From positions 159,467 through 223,466 of the forward strand of contig JBAZUE010000001.1 in NCBI GenBank assembly GCA_041661605.1: a stretch of DNA of 64,000 nucleotides. The letters run 5' to 3'. The DNA is from Candidatus Omnitrophota bacterium. GTDB lineage: Bacteria; Omnitrophota; Gorgyraeia; Gygaellales; Profunditerraquicolaceae. Positions 38,643-46,536 of this stretch are shown piece by piece (the first letter of the stretch is position 1; each line of letters begins with the position of its first letter). The notes under the pieces were generated by a model. The model was not told the origin of the DNA. It searched no databases and saw nothing but the letters and a program-made list of their open reading frames with translations. The translations under genes and the position numbers were made by a program.

Positions 38643-39764
38643 ATGAAAATACAAGCGTTGGATTTAAAAAGACAGATAGCGCCGATCCGCCAGGAGTTGG
38701 ACGCGGCGATAAAAGAGATAATTGATAACACCAGTTTTGTATTGGGACAGGGCCTGGTAAGGTTTGAAGAGAATGTTGTGAAGTACTCCGGGGCAAAATA
38801 CGCAGTTGGGGTTTCAAGCGGGACTGACGCTATAGCATTAGCTTTGCTTGCGTTGGGGATTAGGCCGGGAGACGGGGTGATTTGCCCTACGTTTACTTAT
38901 TACGCTACGGCAGGGGCAGCGGCAAGTATCGGGGCGCGCCCGGTTTTCGCGGATATTGACGCAGATACTTATAATATTTCTATCGAAAGTGTCGAGAGAA
39001 TCTTATCCAGAAAGAGTAAATTAAAAATTAAGGCGATTATCCCGGTGCATCTATATGGCCAGTGCGCGGATATGGGCGGGATATTGAAGCTGGCGGCTAA
39101 ATTTAAATTAAAGGTAATTGAAGATACGGCGCAGGCATTTGGCGCGGGATATAGAGGTAAGAAAGCCGGGACGCTGGGTGACTGCGGGACAGTGAGTTTT
39201 TATCCGGGTAAAAACCTGGGGGCTTTTGGAGATGCGGGGTTAATTTTGACGGATAGTAAAGCCATCGCCGAAAGGTTAAATATCCTGCGCAACCAGGGCA
39301 ATAGCGATAAATATTATCATCTAGTTTTGGGGCGTAATAACCGACTGGACACAATTCAGGCGGTGGTGCTGGATGTTAAACTAAAATATCTGGATGGGTG
39401 GAATAAAAAGAGGCAGGAGATAGCGCAATATTATAATGAAAACCTGTCCGGGCTGGGAATAAAGACTCCGTTTGTGCCCGATTATACAAAACATATTTAT
39501 CATCAGTATACTTTACGCGCGCCGGTTTCTAATAAGGGGTTTGTGGAGTACCTGCAGGAGAAGGGTATTGATTCGCGGGTATTCTATCCGGTACCGCTGC
39601 ATCTGCAGAAATGTTTTAAATATTTGGGGTATAAGGCTGGGGATTTTCCGGAATCGGAGTCGGCGGCGAAGCAGATTTTTACTTTACCGATATACCCGGA
39701 GATGACCCGGGAAGAAAAAGATTATATTATTGAGCAGGTCCGGAATAGGAGTGTTAATGGCTAA
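38643..39764 (+). CDS. DegT/DnrJ/EryC1/StrS-family PLP sugar aminotransferase (ArnB/WecE-like)
   Basis: GVSSGTDAIALAL, IEDTAQAFGA, and SFYPGKNLGAFGDAG (catalytic Lys present) motifs. Confidence 0.85.
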   Translation: MKIQALDLKRQIAPIRQELDAAIKEIIDNTSFVLGQGLVRFEENVVKYSGAKYAVGVSSGTDAIALALLALGIRPGDGVICPTFTYYATAGAAASIGARPVFADIDADTYNISIESVERILSRKSKLKIKAIIPVHLYGQCADMGGILKLAAKFKLKVIEDTAQAFGAGYRGKKAGTLGDCGTVSFYPGKNLGAFGDAGLILTDSKAIAERLNILRNQGNSDKYYHLVLGRNNRLDTIQAVVLDVKLKYLDGWNKKRQEIAQYYNENLSGLGIKTPFVPDYTKHIYHQYTLRAPVSNKGFVEYLQEKGIDSRVFYPVPLHLQKCFKYLGYKAGDFPESESAAKQIFTLPIYPEMTREEKDYIIEQVRNRSVNG

Positions 39765-40524
39765 ATTGTCGGTGGTGGTTTTGACGAAAAATGAGGAGTC
39801 CTGCATCGCCCAGTGCCTTGAGTCAGTGAAATGGGCTGATGAAATCATTGTTGTCGATGATGAGAGTACGGATAAGACGGTTGAGATCGTCAAGAAATAC
39901 GATTGCAAGATTTTTTTCAGGAAGATGGATATCGAGGGTAAACACAGGAATTGGGCTTATGCGCAGGCGAGGAACCAGTGGGTCTTGAGCCTGGACGCGG
40001 ATGAGACGGTTACCCCGGAGTTAAAAGTTGAAATTGAGCAGGCGATTCAATCCAGCGATTTTGCGGCTTATGATATTCCGCTGCGTAATTTTATCAGTAA
40101 TTATTGGGTAAGATACGGCGGCTGGTATCCGGCTTCGAAGGTGCGGCTTTTCCAGAAAGATAAGTTCAGGTATGAAGAAGCGGAGGTGCATCCGCGGGCA
40201 TTTGCTGACGGGGCCTGCGGGCATTTAAAAAGCGATATTATACATAGGGGATACCCTGATCTGGAGCATTTTTTAAATAGCGTCAATAGGCAATCAACTC
40301 TTGAAGCAGTGAAGTGGATTAAGACCGGGCGCAAGATGACGCTGGTGTGGGCTACCTGGAGGGCAGTGGATCGTTTCTTCAGGAGATATTTTGGTAAAAA
40401 AGGGTATAAGGATGGCATGTATGGGTTTATTATTGCTTTCTTTGATACTTTATACCAGATATTAAGTTACGCGAAGTTTCTGGAAATGAAAAAAAAGAAT
40501 AATATCAGTAAGGAGGAAAAATGA
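39757..40524 (+). CDS. GT2 glycosyltransferase, WaaE/KdtX-like LPS-core type
   Basis: Start moved to the ATG at 39757 (MAKLSVVVLTKNEE). VVDDESTDKT and LSLDADE motifs. Confidence 0.75.
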   Translation: MAKLSVVVLTKNEESCIAQCLESVKWADEIIVVDDESTDKTVEIVKKYDCKIFFRKMDIEGKHRNWAYAQARNQWVLSLDADETVTPELKVEIEQAIQSSDFAAYDIPLRNFISNYWVRYGGWYPASKVRLFQKDKFRYEEAEVHPRAFADGACGHLKSDIIHRGYPDLEHFLNSVNRQSTLEAVKWIKTGRKMTLVWATWRAVDRFFRRYFGKKGYKDGMYGFIIAFFDTLYQILSYAKFLEMKKKNNISKEEK

Positions 40525-40958
40525 GAAGAAGTTTATTAGCGTTATCTATTGTTGTGGTTTTTGTGTTGGCAGGTTGTGAGTCTGCCGGGCCAAAAACAAC
40601 CACGGGAGCTATTGCCGGCGGGTTAATCGGGGCTACTGCCGGAGGCATAATCGGTTACCAGAGCCATAATGCCCTCGCAGGCGCAGGTATCGGCGCTGTA
40701 GCCGGAGCAGTTGGCGGCGGGTTAATCGGAAACTCAATGGATAAAAAAGATAAAGAGGCAAGCGCAGTTAACCCTTATTATATACCGGTTCCCAAGATAG
40801 TTGAGATGGCTTCCCAGGGCACCCCGGATTCGATAATAATCGGCGAAATCCAGAGGACGCATTCAACCTATAATCTTGACTCAGAGACGATCACATATTT
40901 AAAAAAGAACAAAGTAAGCGACAAAGTTATTGATTATATGCTGGGGGCAAGCAATTAA
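40521..40958 (+). CDS. Lipoprotein with a glycine-zipper segment
   Basis: Signal peptide with lipobox VLAGC. Gly-zipper GAIAGGLIGATAGGIIG...GAVAGAVGGGLIG. Small C-terminal globular domain. Confidence 0.7.
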   Translation: MRRSLLALSIVVVFVLAGCESAGPKTTTGAIAGGLIGATAGGIIGYQSHNALAGAGIGAVAGAVGGGLIGNSMDKKDKEASAVNPYYIPVPKIVEMASQGTPDSIIIGEIQRTHSTYNLDSETITYLKKNKVSDKVIDYMLGASN

Positions 40959-40973
40959 ATTTTTTTAATAAAG

Positions 40974-41516
40974 ATGAAGGCAGTTTTTCTGGATAGAGAT
41001 GGCGTAATAAATAAATACCCTGGTGACAGGTTGTATGTAACTTCGCTTAAGATGTTTAAATTCCTGCCGCGGGCAAAAGAAGCGATTGTTTTGTTGAGCA
41101 GGGCGGGTTTTGAGATATTCGTGGCATCAAATCAGGCCGGTGTGGGCAAGGGGTTTTACTCTCAAAAAACACTGGATGCGATAACTGCCAAGATGCTTAA
41201 GGGTATTGAACAGGCAGGCGGGAAAGTCACCAAGGTTTATTATTGCACGCATCACAAGGAAGCCGGCTGCAGCTGCCGGAAGCCAAAGCCGGGGTTGCTT
41301 AAAAAAGCGGCCCGGGAATTTAAGGTTAATCTAAAGAAAGCGTATTTTGTGGGTGATACTATACGTGATGTGCTGACTGCCCATGCGGCGGGCGCTAAAT
41401 CCATTCTAATCTTCTCCGGTAAAGAGAAATTATCTAATCAGAAAGACTGGGAAGTAAAGCCGGATTTTGTGTTTAAGGATCTTCTGGCTGCCGCGAAATT
41501 TCTAACAAATAATTAA
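40974..41516 (+). CDS. gmhB: D-glycero-beta-D-manno-heptose-1,7-bisphosphate 7-phosphatase (HAD-IIIA)
   Basis: FLDRDGVIN, SNQAGVGKG, and Zn motif CTHHKEAGCSCRKPKPG. Confidence 0.85.
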   Translation: MKAVFLDRDGVINKYPGDRLYVTSLKMFKFLPRAKEAIVLLSRAGFEIFVASNQAGVGKGFYSQKTLDAITAKMLKGIEQAGGKVTKVYYCTHHKEAGCSCRKPKPGLLKKAAREFKVNLKKAYFVGDTIRDVLTAHAAGAKSILIFSGKEKLSNQKDWEVKPDFVFKDLLAAAKFLTNN

Positions 41517-41519
41517 TTA

Positions 41520-41575
41520 AAGAATTGTTTTGTATCTCAAGTATTTACAAATAGTTACATAGACTGTCTACTGAT
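41520..41575 (+). repeat. AAGAATTGTTTTGTA half-element ending in the palindrome TAGACTGTCTA, abutting the start codon at 41576
   Basis: aagaattgttttgtatctcaagtatttacaaatagttacaTAGACTGTCTActgat followed by ATG. Same length (56 vs 57 nt) and same ends as the copy at 38586. Confidence 0.8.
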
Positions 41576-42667
41576 ATGAGGGTGTTGATTACTTATGCTT
41601 CGGCGGGAGCGGGGCACCGCAGGGCGGCTGAGGCAATATATGGGTATTTAAAAAGCAACCGCAAGGACCTTACGCTTGAGCTGGTTGATGTATTGTCTTT
41701 TACCGGAGGATTCTTTCGTTTTTGCTATAATTCGGGTTATCCGTTTTTAGTGCATTATGCCGTATGGCTTTGGGGATTTTTCTTCTGGTTGACTGAATTC
41801 AGGCTGACCCGGTGGCTTAGCCGTAAATTATCTTTAATTGTAAATTATCTTGGCTGTCGTAGGTTCGTTAGTTATTTAATCAAAGAGGATTTTGATTTTA
41901 TTATTTCCACTCATTTTCTTAATTCAGAGCTGGCCGCAAACTTAAAACTAAGAAATAAAATTCGGGCAAAACTGGTTACGATAATTACGGATTTCGGAGT
42001 GCATCCGTTTTGGGTCTGTCGAGGCACGGATCTTTATATTGCCGCATCAGGCTCAACCAGGGATATATTATTAAAGATGGGGGTTCCGGCTGGCAGGATT
42101 CAAGCTTCCGGTATTCCTGTCAGCCTCAGTTTTACTAAAACTCAAAACAGGGCCCAGTTAGCGCAAAAATTGGGGATAAATGAAAAAAGTTTTACAGTCT
42201 TATTGATGACCGGTTCATTCGGTTCAGGGCCGCTTGAGGAGATCGCCGAGAGTTTTTGCGCTCAGGCGCAGGTGCTGGTAGTCTGCGCGAAAAATAAAAA
42301 ACTTTTTAGCCGCCTGAAAAAGCGGGAATTAAAGAATGTGAAAGTTTTCGGGTTTGTGGATAACGCCGAAGAGCTTATGGGGGTAAGTGATGTTATAATT
42401 ACCAAGCCCGGAGGTTCAAGTATCGCGGAGTTTTTGAATATGGGGTTATTCCCGATATTTATATCGGCTATACCCGGACAGGAGCAGGAGAATATCAGGG
42501 TTTTGTCCGGTTATGGAGTGGGACGTGAGCCAAATAATATCAGGCAGATTAAAGAGCTGGTTATTGAGTTAAAAAACGACCCGCAGAGGTTAGAGGGTTT
42601 AAAAAAGAATATCGCCCAAGCTGCCAAGCCGCTTGCCTGCCAGGAGATATCCAGTGTTATACGCTAA
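41576..42667 (+). CDS. GT28 / MGDG-synthase-family glycosyltransferase (UgtP/MurG-like fold)
   Basis: RVLITYASAGAGHRRAAEAI N-terminus typical of the MGDG_synth domain. C-terminal ITKPGGSSIAE motif. Confidence 0.7.
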   Translation: MRVLITYASAGAGHRRAAEAIYGYLKSNRKDLTLELVDVLSFTGGFFRFCYNSGYPFLVHYAVWLWGFFFWLTEFRLTRWLSRKLSLIVNYLGCRRFVSYLIKEDFDFIISTHFLNSELAANLKLRNKIRAKLVTIITDFGVHPFWVCRGTDLYIAASGSTRDILLKMGVPAGRIQASGIPVSLSFTKTQNRAQLAQKLGINEKSFTVLLMTGSFGSGPLEEIAESFCAQAQVLVVCAKNKKLFSRLKKRELKNVKVFGFVDNAEELMGVSDVIITKPGGSSIAEFLNMGLFPIFISAIPGQEQENIRVLSGYGVGREPNNIRQIKELVIELKNDPQRLEGLKKNIAQAAKPLACQEISSVIR

Positions 42668-44483
42668 GGTTGTATTGGGCCTGCCTATTGACGGGCCGTT
42701 TGATTATTTAGTCCCGCAGGATTTAGAAAATAAGATTTCTATCGGAATAAGAGTATGGGTAAATTTCCGCAACAAAAAAGAAGTAGCCTACGTAACCGGC
42801 TTAAGCAATAAAACCAAAATCAAAAGAATAAAAGAAATTTCAGCGCTTATCGATACAGCGGCTGTTTTGGATGAAAAGATGCTGTTGTTGACCAAGAGGC
42901 TGTCTGAATATTACTGTTGTTCCTGGGGAGAGGCGATTGAGGCGGCGCTTCCGGATGAGTTAAGGAAAGGCAAGGAGATCGGCCTCGCCCCTCTGGGCTC
43001 GGCACTCCCTCGGGCAGTTTGCCCTCGGTCGCTTCTATTTCCTGCGGCGCCTGGCAATGACGCGCTTTTTGTCCAGGGGGTTGAGCGGATGCCGGTTTAT
43101 TTAAGGGAGATCAAAGAAGTCTTAGCTCTTAAGCGTTCGGCGATAGTTTTGTTTAGCGATATCCCGGAGGCAGAAAAGGCTAAGGAGCTAATTGAGAAAG
43201 ATTCAGGCGCGGAGGTTTTCTTGGCATTTCGCAAGCAGCCGGATGAGCTTAAGAGCTGGGAAAAGATCAGGCAGGCGCAGTGTTGCGTTGTTGTCGGGAC
43301 ACGGTCAAATATTTTTTCTCCGGTAAATAACCTGGGTTTAATTATAATTGATCAGGAGCAGGCGCAGGTTTATAAACAGGAGCAGGCACCGCATTATCAT
43401 GCCAGGCAAGTCGCGTTAATGCGCGGGGAGATTTGCGCCGCAAAGGTTGTTTTGGGCAGCCGCATTCCTTCCCTTGAGAGTTTTTACCTTGCGCAAGAGG
43501 ATAAGCTTAAATTTGAAGTTATCCCGGCTAAAGCCGCTTACCCTGAGGTCAAGGTCATCGACGCCCGCCGGCTTTCATACGCGGATAGAAAAAGCAAGCT
43601 CATATTTTCAAAGTTTTTGGCGGATGCGATTTATACAACTTTGAGCGAAAAGGGGAAGGTTTTGTTGTTTATCGAACGCAAGGGTTTTGCAACCAGCGCT
43701 GCCTGCCATAATTGCGGAGCGGCTTTAAAATGCCCGCGTTGCAATATCAACCTGGTATTCCATTTTGATGAAGATAAGTTAAAATGCCATCATTGCAATT
43801 TTAAGATGGATGTGCCTAATATTTGCCCGAGCTGCAATACCGGCTACATTAAATATTCCGGGATAGGCACAGAAAAGGTGGAGAGTGAATTGGCCAAGAT
43901 CTTTCCGCAGGCGCGTATGGATGTAGATATTTTTGTTGCTACCAGTTCAGTAATTAAGCACCAGGATTTGAAGTTTGATTTGATAGGGGTAATGGCGATA
44001 GATAATTCGCTTAACCGGGTGGATTTCCGCGCAGCGGAGAAGACTTTTGGACTGCTTATGGGGCTGGCCAGCTTGACTTCCAAGAAAATGATCATTCAGA
44101 GCGTGAATGTTAACCATCATTGTTTCCAAGCCATAATTAAGAATGACCCGCAGCTTTTCTTGCAAGAAGAGCTGAAGCAGCGCAAACAGTTAAACTTGGC
44201 GCCTTATAAACATATGCTCTTAATAAAACTCAGGGGAATAAACCTGGAGAAGGTTAAGAAAAGCGCCCATGATTTATTTGAAAGGTTAAGCCTGATTAAA
44301 ACCTCCAGTATAAAGATGCTCTCGCTTAATCCCGGCCAGCCGGCTAAATTGCGCGGGAATTTCTATTATCAGATATTAATGCGCGCATCCAGCCCGGAGA
44401 AGGCGAGCCATTTCCTAAAATTACACTTAAAAGAAGGCCATTTTTCGGGTATAATAGTGACAGTTGATATTGATCCTATTTAG
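42633..44483 (+). CDS. priA: Primosomal protein N' (PriA) homologue with degenerate helicase motifs
   Basis: PriA-type N-terminus (VVLGLPIDGPFDYLVPQ). Intact Cys-rich region CHNCGAALKCPRCNINLVFH...CHHCNF...CPSCN. Walker A, Walker B and the arginine motif are not conserved (see findings). An alternative GTG start lies at 42654. Confidence 0.75.
   Translation: MPARRYPVLYAKVVLGLPIDGPFDYLVPQDLENKISIGIRVWVNFRNKKEVAYVTGLSNKTKIKRIKEISALIDTAAVLDEKMLLLTKRLSEYYCCSWGEAIEAALPDELRKGKEIGLAPLGSALPRAVCPRSLLFPAAPGNDALFVQGVERMPVYLREIKEVLALKRSAIVLFSDIPEAEKAKELIEKDSGAEVFLAFRKQPDELKSWEKIRQAQCCVVVGTRSNIFSPVNNLGLIIIDQEQAQVYKQEQAPHYHARQVALMRGEICAAKVVLGSRIPSLESFYLAQEDKLKFEVIPAKAAYPEVKVIDARRLSYADRKSKLIFSKFLADAIYTTLSEKGKVLLFIERKGFATSAACHNCGAALKCPRCNINLVFHFDEDKLKCHHCNFKMDVPNICPSCNTGYIKYSGIGTEKVESELAKIFPQARMDVDIFVATSSVIKHQDLKFDLIGVMAIDNSLNRVDFRAAEKTFGLLMGLASLTSKKMIIQSVNVNHHCFQAIIKNDPQLFLQEELKQRKQLNLAPYKHMLLIKLRGINLEKVKKSAHDLFERLSLIKTSSIKMLSLNPGQPAKLRGNFYYQILMRASSPEKASHFLKLHLKEGHFSGIIVTVDIDPI
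42981..43066 (+). repeat. GC-rich repeat-derived insertion ending in the variant core CTGGCAATGACG, in frame inside priA
   Basis: ggcctcgcccctctgggctcggcactccctcgggcagtttgccctcggtcgcttctatttcctgcggcgcCTGGCAATGACGcgc; core at 43051..43062. Encodes GLAPLGSALPRAVCPRSLLFPAAPGNDA. Confidence 0.6.
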
Positions 44484-44508
44484 CTATATTTAAGGTAAGG
44501 GTAAGAAA

Positions 44509-45443
44509 ATGAAGATTGCATTCTTTGGCAGCGCACATTTCGCGGTCCCCGCACTGAAAGCTTTGATTAAAAGCGGCCATGAGTTGGTTTGCGTGGTTAC
44601 CCAGCCGGATAAGAAGAAGGGCAGGCATTTGCATGTTGCAGGAACTGACGTAAAAAGCACGGCTGTTTCGGCAGGGCTTAAAACATTCCAGCCGGAAGAT
44701 ATTAAAGCTAAGGAAAGCGTAGATTTCCTAAAAAAACTGGAAGCCGAGCTTTTTGTCATTGTGGCTTATGGCCAGGTATTTTCACAGGAGGTCCTGGATA
44801 TCCCGAAGATCATGCCGGTTAATATCCACGCGTCGCTGTTGCCGCGGTACCGCGGGGCAGCCCCTATTAATTGGCGATAATCAACGCGGAGAAGAAGACC
44901 GGAATAAGCATTATATACGTGAGCCTGAAAGTAGACTCGGGCCCGGTTATGCTGCAGAAGGAAATAAAAATTGAAGAAAGCGATAGCGCGATAAGCCTTG
45001 AGGAAAAGCTGCGAAATCTGGGGGCGGAGTTGTTGATGGAGGCCCTTACGATGATTGACAGCAGGAGCTACCGCCTGTTAGAGCAGGATGAAGATAAGGT
45101 AATCCTCGCGCCAAAACTTAAGAAAGAAGACGGTTTAATTGATTGGAGCGCCTCCGCGGCAGATATTCATAATCAGATAAGGGGGGTCTTGCCGTGGCCG
45201 GGGGCTTTTACCTGTTACCGCGGTAAAATTCTTAAAATATTCCAGGCGGATGTCCTGCCGATATTCCCAAATCATAAGCCTGCGCCCGGAGAGGTGGTCA
45301 GGGCGGATAAGCATGAGATTATCGTAGCTTGCGGCAGGGGGTTTTTGAACCTTAAGGAACTGCAGCTGGAAGCAGGCAAGCGTATGTCCGGACAGAATTT
45401 TATCATCGGGCATAAGCTTAAGGTTGGGGATATATTAGTGTGA
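44509..45443 (+). pseudogene. fmt: Methionyl-tRNA formyltransferase interrupted by an apparent 1-nt deletion at about 44874
   Basis: ORF 44509..44880 ends ...NIHASLLPRYRGAAPINWR*. The -1 frame continues AIINAEKKTGISI..., restoring the conserved PINWAIING-type sequence if one G is added after the TGG at 44872-74. Confidence 0.85.
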
Positions 45444-45466
45444 GATTGGCCTCGCAATGACGGGGA
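45444..45466 (+). repeat. CTCGCAATGACG element, partial copy, intergenic after fmt
   Basis: gattggcCTCGCAATGACGgggat; core at 45451..45462. Confidence 0.75.
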
Positions 45467-45512
45467 TATAAACTTGTTGTAAATTAAAGAAGTTCTGTTA
45501 TAATTTATTTCT

Positions 45513-46535
45513 ATGCCAGAATTAAGAAAAGATCCGATTATAGGTAGGTGGGTTATTATCGCCACTGAACGCGCCCGCAGGCCTGACCAGTTCGAAGGCC
45601 ATAAAGAGCCGGACGACCATAGCACCTGTCCATTCTGCGAAGGCAGGGAAGCTAATACTCCTCCGGAGATTTACGCTATCCGGCCGCATAATTCTACGCG
45701 CAACGGGCCGGGCTGGGATTTACGCGTTGTCCCCAGTATCGCGCCTTTTTTAAGGGTTGAAGGGGATTTGGACCGGCGCGGTAATGGTTTATATGACGTG
45801 ATGAACGGCTTGGGAGCTCATGAAGTGGTGATTGAAACCAATCAGCATATCGCCAATATGGCGGATTTGAGCGAAGAGCAGATTACCAAGGTGCTTAATT
45901 GTTATTCCGACAGAATAATTGATTTAGAGAAGGATCACCGGCTTAAATATGTTTTGGTGTTTAAAAATTACGGCAAAGGTTCCGGAGGCGGCTCGATCAG
46001 GCATTCCCGTTCGCAGTTGATCGCGACTCCCGTTAACCCCAAGCGCGTAAAAGAAGAGTTGGCCGGTTCGCGCCAGTATTATGAGTATCATGAGCGCTGT
46101 GTGTTTTGCGATTTGATAACCCAGGAGTTGGCGCAGAAAGAACGCGTAATCGCTGAATTTGACGGTTTTGTGGCGTTAGCCCCGTTTGCGGCGCGTTTTC
46201 CTTTTGAGACCTGGATCCTGCCGAAAAAACATTGTTGTGATTATACCTGTATGGACGCAGATTCCAGAAGTCGCCTGGCCCATGTGCTTAAGACCGTACT
46301 TTCAAAATTAAAGACAGGGTTAAATGACCCGGATTATAATTATATAATTCATACGGCGCCATTCCGCAGGCAGAAGATAGGTTATTGGAAGACTATTGAC
46401 CAGGATTATCATTGGCATATTGAAATCATGCCGCGGCTGTCCAAGGTCGCCGGGTTTGAATGGGGCACGGGTTTTTATATTTGCCCGCTTCCACCTGAAG
46501 AGACAGCTAAATTTTTAAGAGAGGTAAAAGTTTAA
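45513..46535 (+). CDS. GalT-family (HIT-like) nucleotidyltransferase paralogue lacking the His-Pro-His nucleophile (H-S-R)
   Basis: ELRKDPIIGRWVIIA, the CPFCEGRE zinc motif and the YHWHIEIMPR motif are present. The active-site position reads RHSRSQ (46002..46010). Confidence 0.75.
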   Translation: MPELRKDPIIGRWVIIATERARRPDQFEGHKEPDDHSTCPFCEGREANTPPEIYAIRPHNSTRNGPGWDLRVVPSIAPFLRVEGDLDRRGNGLYDVMNGLGAHEVVIETNQHIANMADLSEEQITKVLNCYSDRIIDLEKDHRLKYVLVFKNYGKGSGGGSIRHSRSQLIATPVNPKRVKEELAGSRQYYEYHERCVFCDLITQELAQKERVIAEFDGFVALAPFAARFPFETWILPKKHCCDYTCMDADSRSRLAHVLKTVLSKLKTGLNDPDYNYIIHTAPFRRQKIGYWKTIDQDYHWHIEIMPRLSKVAGFEWGTGFYICPLPPEETAKFLREVKV

Positions 46536-46536
46536 G

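Noticed and set aside
44860-44885. Programmed ribosomal frameshift in fmt
   Set aside because: The sequence around TGG-CGA-TAA contains no slippery heptamer or stimulatory structure. The lesion is equivalent to one missing G in a GG(G) run, the same kind of lesion as in the ligase gene. A mutation or sequencing error is the simpler explanation.
44753-44974. 73-aa + strand ORF spanning the fmt frameshift site
   Set aside because: It is in the third frame relative to both fmt halves and its translation has no family resemblance. The two Fmt-like frames explain the region.
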